A stretch of DNA of 63,245 bases, filler included, from Octopus bimaculoides (Eukaryota), in NCBI RefSeq assembly GCF_001194135.2. It is 5 parts of 5 records of this genome, joined end to end, with 100 filler letters (N's around TTAATTAATTAA, not from the genome) between each part and the next. Parts side by side here need not be neighbours in the genome. Positions count along the whole stretch, not along the records: positions 46,508 to 59,966 come from NC_068989.1; positions 60,067 to 63,245 come from NC_068983.1; 3 more parts are not named here. One strand, written 5' to 3'. The notes beneath the pieces were generated by a model. It did no database searches, had not been told where the DNA came from, and was given only the letters and a program-made list of their open reading frames with translations. Below, piece after piece: positions 51,775 to 63,245 of the stretch; within the stretch, counting starts at the first letter, position 1, and each line of letters begins with the position of its first letter. The position numbers and the translations under genes were made by a program.

Positions 51775-52749
51775 ATATATATATATACATATATATATGT
51801 ATTTATGTATATGTGCGTGTGCATTTGTGCATTGTGCTGTTTCCTACACTGCCTGGCAACTGGTGTTGGTCTATTTACATCCACGTAACTTAATGATTCA
51901 GAAATAGGGATCGATCGAATTAGTAACAACCCTAAAGAAAAATAAGTTCTGGAGTCAATTTGTTCGGCTAAAACCCTTCAAGGCAGTGCCCCAGCATGAC
52001 CGCAGTCTAATGACTGAAACAAGTAACAAAAACAAGGTAGTTATTTAATAACCCCCTATCCCCACCCTAAATTAATGACCTTTATTATTAATTAATAATA
52101 TGTAATTTATATATTTTTTATATTGCGATTTCCATATTGCATCGCGTCTGGCCTGGCTGTCCTTTTGTCTGAGATCTTTCTCAATATGACAACACAGAAC
52201 CGTGTCATTTCCACCGTCGACAATTACTGAATGACTTAAACAGCCAGAAAGGTTAAGTCTCTGACGCATTCATTCTCACACACACACACACACACACACA
52301 CACGCATCTGCTCGCATAAATACTGAATATGTATGAGCGCGTGCACACGCCTGCACACATTGTTGCGTACATACACACACATACATATACATAAAAATAC
52401 ATACATAAATACATACGTACATAGATTCATAAATACATACGTACATACACACATACATTCATACATACATACGCGCATACATACATGCATACATACATAC
52501 ATACATATATATATATGTATCTATATACATACATACATATACACACACTCACATACATACGTATATACATATATATCTACATACACATACATATATATAA
52601 AGCTATATACATACACACACACACTTGATACACGCATTCAATACACTCGCACACGACAAATAGAAAAATGTTTTCACGCCTACCCACGCGTGTATACACA
52701 CACACATACGTTCACATAAACACACATTTATATAGACATCATTGATATA

Positions 52750-53330
52750 CAGCGGTTGGACAAAATAATGGAAACACCTTAAAATTTCAAACAAATTTAT
52801 TTTACTATGGAGTAGGACCGCCTTTGGCAGTAATTACAGCTTGAACTCTACGGCTTAAATTCTACGAGGTATGGACTCGTACAAAGTTTGAATTGTTTCC
52901 AAAGGAATTGTTGTCCATTCTTCAGCTAAAACAGTCTCCAGTTCTTGTAGTGATGATGGTGGAGGATATCGACTCCTTACTTGTTTTTCTAAAATGTACC
53001 ATAAATGTTCAATAATATTGAGATCTGGGGACTGTGGTGGCCAGATAAGATGTTCAACTTCACTAGAATATTCCTTGTGCCATTCAGTAACAACTTTTAC
53101 TGTGTGCATTGGTGCATATCATCCTGAAAGATTGCGTTTCCCTTCGGAAACACTTCCGCAACCATAGGATGTATTCGATCAGATAGAATGCTTAAATAGT
53201 CTTGACTTTTAATTCTGCTATGAAGGCCGGCGGATTTCCAAGATATAGCATTGGGCCGGCGGATTTCCAAGATATAAGCATCCAGATTATCATAGGCGGC
53301 CAGCGCCAACACCTTTTTCTGCAAAATAGG
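52750..53330 (-). mobile_element. Tc1 transposase 3' half with TIR
   Basis: IFQDD...HLIWPPQSPDLNIIEHLWYILEKQVRSRYPPPSSLQELETVLAEEW. TIR CAGCGGTTGGACAAAATAATGGAAACACC preceded by TA at 52748-52749. Confidence 0.9.
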
Positions 53331-55397
53331 GGAAGCTTATCCTATTCAGGCTATATTATTAGCATTATCCTGCGTTTGAGAATTTAAAAATCACTTCTTT
53401 AACTTTATATATATATANNNNNNNNNNNNNNNNNNNNNNNNNNNNNNNNNNNNNNNNNNNNNNNNNNNNNNNNNNNNNNNNNNNNNNNNNNNNNNNNNNN
53501 NNNNNNNNNNNNNNNNNNNNNNNNNNNNNNNNNNNNNNNNNNNNNNNNNNNNNNNNNNNNNNNNNNNNNNNNNNNNNNNNNNNNNNNNNNNNNNNNNNNN
53601 NNNNNNNNNNNNNNNNNNNNNNNNNNNNNNNNNNNNNNNNNNNNNNNNNNNNNNNNNNNNNNNNNNNNNNNNNNNNNNNNNNNNNNNNNNNNNNNNNNNN
53701 NNNNNNNNNNNNNNNNNNNNNNNNNNNNNNNNNNNNNNNNNNNNNNNNNNNNNNNNNNNNNNNNNNNNNNNNNNNNNNNNNNNNNNNNNNNNNNNNNNNN
53801 NNNNNNNNNNNNNNNNNNNNNNNNNNNNNNNNNNNNNNNNNNNNNNNNNNNNNNNNNNNNNNNNNNNNNNNNNNNNNNNNNNNNNNNNNNNNNNNNNNNN
53901 NNNNNNNNNNNNNNNNNNNNNNNNNNNNNNNNNNNNNNNNNNNNNNNNNNNNNNNNNNNNNNNNNNNNNNNNNNNNNNNNNNNNNNNNNNNNNCTTTAGC
54001 ATACCGAAGAAAATGCTTATCGGTATTTCGTCCGGCTTTACGTTCTGAGTTCAAATTTTCGGGAGAGTTGGTAAGTTGATTATATCGACTTCAGTACTTA
54101 AAAGGTATTTATTTAATTGGCCCAGAAAAAATGGAAGGCAAAGTCGACCTCGGCGGAATTTGAACTCATAACGTAAAGACAGACGGAATACCGCTAAGCA
54201 TTTCGCCCGGCGTGCTAACGATTCTGCCAGCTCGCTGCCTTAATATGATGCATCAAGATTTATTTCTTTATTGCCCACAAGGGGCTAAACATAGAAGGGA
54301 CAAACAAGGACAGACGAAGGGATTAAATCGATTACATCGACACCAGTGCGTAACTGGTACTTAATATGATGCATAAATATTCTTTTCTACTCTAGGCACA
54401 AGGCCCGAAATTTTTGTGGAAGGGGCTAGTCGATTAGATCGACCCCAGTACGCAGCTGGTACTTAATTTATCGACCCCGAAAGGATGAAAGGCAAAGTCG
54501 ACCTCGGCGGAATTNNNNNNNNNNACCCCGAAAGGATGAAAGGCAAAGTCGACCTCGGCGGAATTTGAACTCAGAATGTAAAGACAGACGAAATACCACT
54601 AAGCATTTCGCCTGGCGAGATAACGATGCATAAATATTAAAAAAAAAAAATCCATTCAATTCTTCACAACGTTTGTTTCGATCTGACGATCTCTGACGTT
54701 ATAGGTTCAGCACACTTCCACTACACCACTCTATATATGTAGTATATTGCTTTTTTGTTATGTGTTCAAATTCCGCCGAAGTCAACTTTGCATTTCATCG
54801 TTTTGGGGTCGATAAAATAAGTACCATTTGAGCATTGGGGTCGTTGCAATCGACGTACCCCCATCCCCCGAAATCGTTGGCCTTGTGCAAAAATTCGAAA
54901 TCACTTATCTGCATCGGTGCATGAGATAAATTAAACAGGAATAATAATAATAATAATAGCCTAGAAAGATTATAATTTAAATAACATTTTTTAATGCATG
55001 CTTTAGAAAAAATTTCCCACAGTGATAATTTGGGGTTAAAAAACGGTCAGGTCACATTGAAAAGTCTAAGCGTTCCCTACCTCCCAGACAAAAATGTCAC
55101 AAGAATCAAAAATAAAAATTTTATTAAAATTAAAAGTTGCTAACAAAATATGGAAATATCACTTTGTATTTCTTATTTGTGATTTTGTTGTATTGTTTTC
55201 TGAAATAATTGTAATATGATAGGGAAGTGTTTGTTGCTTTGAAGTCTTCGTAATCCACGCCGCGCCAACAACTGCTAACTCCTTGACAAATTAAGCTTGG
55301 CATTAACCGAGACATTTATCTGTTTTAAGGGCAACTCCCTTACAGCCCTCTCTTTACACTTTTACCGTTTAACACCTCTCTAGCTCTCCCTTACCCT

Positions 55398-55428
<31 letters not shown>

Positions 55429-56459
55429 CATACTTACATACATACACACATACATACATACATATATATACATACATACATACATATGTATATACATATT
55501 ATAAGCGTATCTATCTATGCACACAATATATATATACACACACATGTATATATATANNNNNNNNNNNNNNNNNNNNNNNNNNNNNNNNNNNNNNNNNNNN
55601 NNNNNNNNNNNNNNNNNNNNNNNNNNNNNNNNNNNNNNNNNNNNNNNNNNNNNNNNNNNNNNNNNNNNNNNNNNNNNNNNNNNNNNNNNNNNNNNNNNNN
55701 NNNNNNNNNNNNNNNNNNNNNNNNNNNNNNNNNNNNNNNNNNNNNNNNNNNNNNNNNNNNNNNNNNNNNNNNNNNNNNNNNNNNNNNNNNNNNNNNNNNN
55801 NNNNNNNNNNNNNNNNNNNNNNNNNNNNNNNNNNNNNNNNNNNNNNNNNNNNNNNNNNNNNNNNNNNNNNNNNNNNNNNNNNNNNNNNNNNNNNNNNNNN
55901 NNNNNNNNNNNNNNNNNNNNNNNNNNNNNNNNNNNNNNNNNNNNNNNNNNNNNNNNNNNNNNNNNNNNNNNNNNNNNNNNNNNNNNNNNNNNNNNNNNNN
56001 NNNNNNNNNNNNNNNNNNNNNNNNNNNNNNNNNNNNNNNNNNNNNNNNNNNNNNNNNNNNNNNNNNNNNNNNNNNNNNNNNNNNNNNNNNNNNNNNNNNN
56101 NNNNNNNNNNNNNNNNNNNNNNNNNNNNNNNNNNNNNNNNGGGAGAGGTGAGGAAGATACGCCACGTGCGACGCTTATATAAGGGTGTCACTTTTCAGTC
56201 TGCTGTATTACCCTATATGCGCAGTATTGGTCAGGTGTGGATGATATTATCGGCAGAAAACTCAAAGGCTGACCCGGGTGACACACACTGGAAGGAGAAA
56301 GTTATAGTTATATCCTCAGAGTAAGGACCCGAGAATATAACTTGCAACAGAATGGATTCCGCAAAAGATATTCAGAAACAACTTAGTGTTAGTTAATCGG
56401 AGGACCAATTACATGTACCATTCCTAAGACAAGAGCAGTGCCATCGACTAGTTTTCATA

Positions 56460-56654
56460 TACCGTTTTTTTATGGTATATAAGACACACTTATTATCACA
56501 GAAAATATCTCAAAAAAATGACCCCAGATCCTATATGCGATGTTGGGCCTCCCATAAGCTTTAATGCACTAAACCCATTCTACCTAAATTTACGCTGTTG
56601 AAATTGGGATGCGTCTAATACGTTTGCGTGTCTTATATGCCATCAAACACGGTG
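56460..56654. mobile_element. Tc1/pogo-like MITE with imperfect ~27-bp TIRs
   Basis: taccgtttttttatggtatataagacac versus the reverse complement of gtgtcttatatgccatcaaacacggtg. Confidence 0.6.
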
Positions 56655-57549
56655 ATTTCTGTCTACTGAATATCGTTTACAACACTTGATCGACCCAGAC
56701 TTGAAGCACTTGTTCTTTGTACTAGCGGTGGTATTCACCTGGGGTGAGTAGAGCCAACTCTGAACAACGAGTTCACCACGTCCTTCACGAATGCCGACCA
56801 TATCTGAAGGTCGGCCTTAAAGATCCAGCAGGCAACATAATGCTTCTGCTTGCAGCCCAAAAGTACAGCTTGCAAATTTGACAAATGCTCCTACTGGGAG
56901 AGCAAACAGGTCTGACAGTGTTGGCACCGTACCCGTCGTCGTTCGTTGTTGAGGTGGAGAGTTCATGTTCGGAGTCTCAGTGTGAATACAAATTCACATA
57001 TAATAGAAAAAAGACACTTGCTAACAAAATTCCACACACAGAGATTGAACCTGAAACCACTTCGTTGAGAAGTGAACTTGTAACTATCTCCAACTATCGG
57101 GCACATAACTATCTCCAAATGCTTCGGTCACTCATAGCAAAATATTTTCTCCAACATTTTTATGTAAATGAACACAAGAGGAGATTTTCCACCATCGGAA
57201 GACACTGCTGCTCAAACCATCGCTCCAAGTTTTAGTCGGTCCTAGGCTGTAGTAGAAAACATCTTCCAAAGATGCCACGTAGTGAGACTGAACCCGAACC
57301 GTGTGATTGAGAAGCAAGCTTCTTACCACACAGCCGCGTATGAGTTTAAATGGTAAAATATACACAAACGCAAACATGTCCTCCAGCACAATTTATTTTT
57401 GTTGAGTCATTCGAGAGGCGCCTCAAGAATTCATAGATTATAGAAACACAGGAAGACTCGCGACTCGCAATAGACTGATGGAGTCGAAATAAATAACTAG
57501 ACTAATGTTTTATTTAAAACTGTTTCTCTTGCTTCTTACTGCTTCCCCA

Positions 57550-57554
57550 GACAT

Positions 57555-57605
<51 letters not shown>

Positions 57606-58050
57606 CATACATGCATACATACATGCATACATACATACATACATACAAACATGCATACATACATGCATACATACATGCATACATACAGGCATACATACAT
57701 GCATACATACATACATACATACATACATACATACATACATGCATACATACATACATACATCCATGCATACATGCATATATGCATACATACATACATACGT
57801 ACATACACGCATACATACATGCATATGCATATATGCAAATACTCAAAATTATATACGCGTGTGGATGTATGTATATATGCTTGCACACATACACACTTCT
57901 TACTTAACGATATACACGCGCAAAAAATATATACACATATACATATATACACATATACATACATACATATATAAACACCCACGCACACACACGTACACAC
58001 GCACACACACACACGTACACACGCACACACACACACACACACGCACACAC

Positions 58051-58108
<58 letters not shown>
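57550..58108. repeat. Compound (AT)n / (ACAT/GCAT)n / (CA)n simple repeat
   Basis: Read directly. Explains the overlapping HTYIH and MYVC ORFs. Confidence 0.95.
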
Positions 58109-59698
58109 TTGTGTTGTCTCGTGTATATCTGTTCGTGACTGTAGATCATGGTATGTTGACGTATGTCTGTATGCTTTCACGTACAATTTTGAAACTTCGA
58201 ATTCCACTGAGGCCAATTTTCGGTTAGAAACGTATCTACTGACCTTTATGTTATTACTGCATCTATCAAACCGTTTCTACTTTCTCTCTTAGCCACTCTG
58301 TCTGCTAACACCGCATCACTTAAAGCTGTCGTAATCTACACAATTATATCAAACACGCCAAATATGCACCCACACACGTGCATACATACATACATACCCA
58401 CATACATACATACATACATACATGCATGCATACATACATACATATATACATTCCCACATACATATATAGATACATACTCATCTGCATACATAATACATAC
58501 CTACGTACATACATGCATATAAATTTATATATGTGTGCATGTATATATATATATATATAGTAATATAAGATATGGTTTTAGAGAAACGTGCAGCTATCAC
58601 AGGAAGCTCCTCGGATGGACTCCGCTATCAGTCCATGTAATAATTAAATACAAAATAGTGTAATGTAAAGCGTCCGTATAACTGAAAATCTTGAAAATCC
58701 GAACGATAAAATTATTCTTTAAGGAGTATATAAAAACATAAAGCCAGGAGATATGAGAGGTGAATGCATATTTATTTAACCACGTGATTTCAAAGGATTA
58801 CTGCCGTTTCGCAACCTTCTTCACGAAGCATTAGTTTCAGTATACAATAAATTATTCGTACATTTTCGTATTAATAGGTATGCTTAATGCATATATATAT
58901 ATATATATAATCACGGAGATGTACTTGCATAGCAAGTGACTTGATCTGAGATCGTGTGCTGAAACAAAAACAATTGCAACGTGCAAGTTGTTTGTAACCC
59001 ATTCAAGAACGTAAAGAACCGTTGGTTTCACTTCGACATTTATAGTTAATTTGTGTCAAAATATTTTCGTCGCTTTGAAACCGCGACCTGTTCCCTGACA
59101 AAACTTCCTGCTGCATCTGAGAAAGTAACAATTAGTTCATGATATATATGTTTATGTGTGTATGTCATTATTCAGTTTATTTCAAGATTTCTTGCCAACA
59201 GAGAAAGAATCGTTTTCTAACCTAGATCTAAGGTTCCTTCATTGGAATTACACTAACACGCAAACACATAGCGACATAGACACACACTAGCACAGATATA
59301 CATTGACACATATTTACACACACAAACGCACGCTCACGGCTACATAAAGACGGCTATACACACATTTACCGATTCAAACTGTTGCACACATACAATTACA
59401 TTAGACACATTTCAAAGATAAAGAGAGAAACGCAACGCATATACAGATAAACACATCCACACATAAATAAACACACAGCCACACACGGGTGCACACAGAC
59501 ATAAATACTTATAAACACACACAGAGATACATATGTAGATACGTATAGACTCTCAACATGAATATAGAAATACACATGTACACGCAGACATCCATGCAGC
59601 TAATGCACACATAGGTATATTAATATGTATGAAGCTCTCGTACACATACATAGATACACATACTCATAGATACATGCTTACCCTTACACCCATTTACA

Positions 59699-59736
<38 letters not shown>

Positions 59737-59966
59737 TTTACCTTATGTTTTTAGACACACCCTATCATATAATCGAATTAACATTCATAACTGCAAGCCT
59801 ACAAGACAGAATCTCTAAGCGGTCGTTTGACCTGCTGGAAAAAGCAACCAAATGTCCCTCAAATCATTACCCTCTACGGTCTTACATTAATAAGGAAACA
59901 CTGGACAGCGCAGTTCTGTGTCTCTCAAACTTCTTGACCTCGTACACCACATAGATTTCCCAAAAT

Positions 59967-60066
59967 NNNNNNNNNNNNNNNNNNNNNNNNNNNNNNNNNN
60001 NNNNNNNNNNTTAATTAATTAANNNNNNNNNNNNNNNNNNNNNNNNNNNNNNNNNNNNNNNNNNNN
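59967..60066. other. Artificial scaffold linker N44-TTAATTAATTAA-N44
   Basis: Same 100-nt construct. Confidence 0.95.
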
Positions 60067-60102
<36 letters not shown>

Positions 60103-60509
60103 GCACAAATGCACGCGCATAAAATCTGGCGTATGCTTATACAAGTTAGTTGTTACAGGCGAAAGAGAAGGAAAAGTCAGAGAATATATTAAATATGGGG
60201 AGAGGGAAGAAAAAGGAAAAAGAAAGTAAAAGGAAGAAAGAGAACCAGAGAACTAGCGAGAGGAAGTGGGTAAATAGATAGGGGCAGGGAAGGCTACATA
60301 ATAACAACATTTTGGATACTTCATATGCCTTGCGCAACGAACACATAAAAACGCATACATAAAATTGCATGAACATTTATAAATATACATACAAATATAC
60401 ACAAATATGGATACGCAAACAAATATACAAGAATACAAAAATATGTACGCAAATACAAGCTCACATATATAAAAGTATACACACATATACTTACACATTT
60501 ATATATGTA

Positions 60510-60565
<56 letters not shown>

Positions 60566-61457
60566 NNNNNNNNNNNNNNNNNNNNNNNNNNNNNNNNNNN
60601 NNNNNNNNNNNNNNNNNNNNNNNNNNNNNNNNNNNNNNNNNNNNNNNNNNNNNNNNNNNNNNNNNNNNNNNNNNNNNNNNNNNNNNNNNNNNNNNNNNNN
60701 NNNNNNNNNNNNNNNNNNNNNNNNNNNNNNNNNNNNNNNNNNNNNNNNNNNNNNNNNNNNNNNNNNNNNNNNNNNNNNNNNNNNNNNNNNNNNNNNNNNN
60801 NNNNNNNNNNNNNNNNNNNNNNNNNNNNNNNNNNNNNNNNNNNNNNNNNNNNNNNNNNNNNNNNNNNNNNNNNNNNNNNNNNNNNNNNNNNNNNNNNNNN
60901 NNNNNNNNNNNNNNNNNNNNNNNNNNNNNNNNNNNNNNNNNNNNNNNNNNNNNNNNNNNNNNNNNNNNNNNNNNNNNNNNNNNNNNNNNNNNNNNNNNNN
61001 NNNNNNNNNNNNNNNNNNNNNNNNNNNNNNNNNNNNNNNNNNNNNNNNNNNNNNNNNNNNNNNNNNNNNNNNNNNNNNNNNNNNNNNNNNNNNNNNNNNN
61101 NNNNNNNNNNNNNNNNNNNNNNNNNNNNNNNNNNNNNNNNNNNNNNNNNNNNNNNNNNNNNNNNNNNNNNNNNNNNNNNNNNNNNNNNNNNNNNNNNNNN
61201 NNNNNNNNNNNNNNNNNNNNNNNNNNNNNNNNNNNNNNNNNNNNNNNNNNNNNNNNNNNNNNNNNNNNNNNNNNNNNNNNNNNNNNNNNNNNNNNNNNNN
61301 NNNNNNNNNNNNNNNNNNNNNNNNNNNNNNNNNNNNNNNNNNNNNNNNNNNNNNNNNNNNNNNNNNNNNNNNNNNNNNNNNNNNNNNNNNNNNNNNNNNN
61401 NNNNNNNNNNNNNNNNNNNNNNNNNNNNNNNNNNNNNNNNNNNNNNNNNNNNNNNNT

Positions 61458-61790
61458 GCTCATCCCGACACAGAAGTAATACCTCAAGAGTCTTATCGAA
61501 AAAACGGAAGAGTTTATTCGAAGAATGAGATGGAAAAAGCCTTCTTCTTTGATACAAAGCAGAAATCTAACGGAAGCAAACACGGACTTCCAAAATTTTT
61601 CCAAAAGTCCACCACCTATTTCGAAATTGGAAGCCTTTGAAAAAGACCTTTTCGGGCTCATTAGAAAAATTAAATTCCGCAAATTCAACAACCAACTACA
61701 GAGAGATATGAAGGAAAAAAATTAGAGATATAAAGAACTCCGATAAGATCTTCGTAAACTCCGATAAGACAAAAGACTTATACTTAGCTC
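61458..61790 (+). mobile_element. Penelope-like retroelement ORF N-terminal fragment
   Basis: Across frameshifts: LIPTQK.YLKSLIEKTEEFIRRMRWKAFFF...PPPISKLEAFEKDLFGLIRKIKFRKFNNQLQRDMKEK...KIFVNSDKT, a pattern typical upstream of PLE reverse transcriptase. Confidence 0.75.
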
Positions 61791-61924
61791 TGTCTGCTTC
61801 TCGCTCACTACTTCTTCCCTCACTTTCTTTAACCATACTGCATCTCCATTATGATTGACTGGCTTATCCCTAATATTACTTCAGAACTTTCTAGCTTCTT
61901 CTGCATTAGATTTCTCATCTTTAG

Positions 61925-62510
61925 TACTTTCTTCTGAGTTCAAATTCTTCCGAGCTCGACTTTGTCTTTCATCTTTTCGGGGTCAATAAATTAAGTATCA
62001 GCAAAACACTAGGATCGATGTAATAGACTAGTCTCCTCCCCACAAATCTGAGGCCTTGTGCCTCCAGTAGAAGGGATTATTATTATGAATCAGAGGACAA
62101 GCTGGCAGAATCGTTAGCAAGCCGGGCGAAATGCTTAGCGGTACTTCGTCTGCCGCTACATTTTGAGTTCAAATTCCGCCGATCTCGACTTTATCTTTCA
62201 TCCTTTCGAGGTCGATAAAATAAATACCAGTTCAACACTGTAGCCGATGTAATCGATTCATCACCTGCCCCAAAATGACTGCCCTTGTGGAAAAATTTGA
62301 AACCATTATTGTTATTATGAATGATATATTAGAAGAGTCGTTGGAGCGTTGGAAAGTAGCCTAGTGGCATTTCCGTCTATCTACATACTGTGTTCAAATC
62401 CTACCGAAGTTAACTTTACTTTTCATCCTTCCGGACCGACAAAGTTAATATAGTTAAGTACCAACCAAATATAGAATCGATATTATCGACTGTTTCCCTC
62501 CCCTCAAATT
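61925..62510 (+). mobile_element. Three head-to-tail SINE family A copies separated by (ATT)n-like tails
   Basis: gagttcaaatt...gactt...tttcatc...gataaa repeated three times. Confidence 0.8.
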
Positions 62511-63197
62511 TGTTGTACGCCCGCCTTAATTTAGAAACGATTATTTTTATTTATTTATTTATATAATTATTTATTGCAACTCTAATTAATACAAGGCTTG
62601 CATCCTAAGTGATGTTAAGATAACGATACGCAAGTGAGAAAATTTGGCATAGAAGAAAATATTTCACTTCTGTTGAGACATTCAAGTTATCGGTCTATCT
62701 ATTTCTGTGTATCATTATGATGTCATTCTCCAGCTGCGATTTATCTCCAGTATGTATAACGTCTGTGTGAATGTCAGTGTGTTTCTCAATGAGACTGGAG
62801 TTATTTCATATCTCAAATCTGTCGGTTTTTCTCAGACAGACACGTAGGTTAACTAATCATTAATTTTCAAGTTACAAAGTGGGTGTTTTTGAGGGGGTGG
62901 GTGGGAGTGTTGAGCATATTTTTTCTTTTTTCTATTTTAGTTTAGGAGTGAAAATGCAATAACTAACAATAAATTGTTTAAACGTACCAGATTTAATTCA
63001 TGGTTTAGCTGTGTGATAGGAAATTTCTTTCTCAACTACATGGTTCCGGGTTCAGTTGCTGTGTGATACCTTGAGAAAGTGTGTTCTGCTATAGTCCCGG
63101 GCCGACCAAAGACGTGTGAGTGGATTTGGTTGGCAGAAACTAAAAGAAGCCCGATGTATACATACACGTGTGTGTGTGTATGTGTGTGTGTGTGTGT

Positions 63198-63245
<48 letters not shown>

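Overview
AT-rich, microsatellite- and transposon-dense eukaryotic DNA with many N gaps. The SINE families and repeat load suggest a coleoid cephalopod, probably Octopus (inference from recalled repeat families, not a database search). The only well-supported gene is the 5' half of WDR70 (gastrulation defective 1 homolog) on the minus strand. I reconstructed seven coding exons (45861/45876 down to 38173) with canonical GT-AG sites and consistent phases. I could not find the remaining WD40 exons in the window. These seven exons lie inside one assembly block (37690-46407) bounded by artificial 100-nt N44-TTAATTAATTAA-N44 linkers, so the truncation is probably an assembly effect. The rest is degenerate Tc1/mariner, hAT, RTE, R4/Dong and Penelope-like remnants, MITEs, SINEs and simple repeats. 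Nearly all ORFs in the supplied track come from microsatellites or N runs. I found no convincing novel biological system. The best leads are RNA-structure features around WDR70 (an inverted repeat pair bracketing exons 4-6 and a hairpin overlapping a candidate poison exon), an ETS x3 + CRE candidate promoter, an R4/Dong fragment abutting a (TAA)n tract and a ~270-bp near-perfect palindrome.
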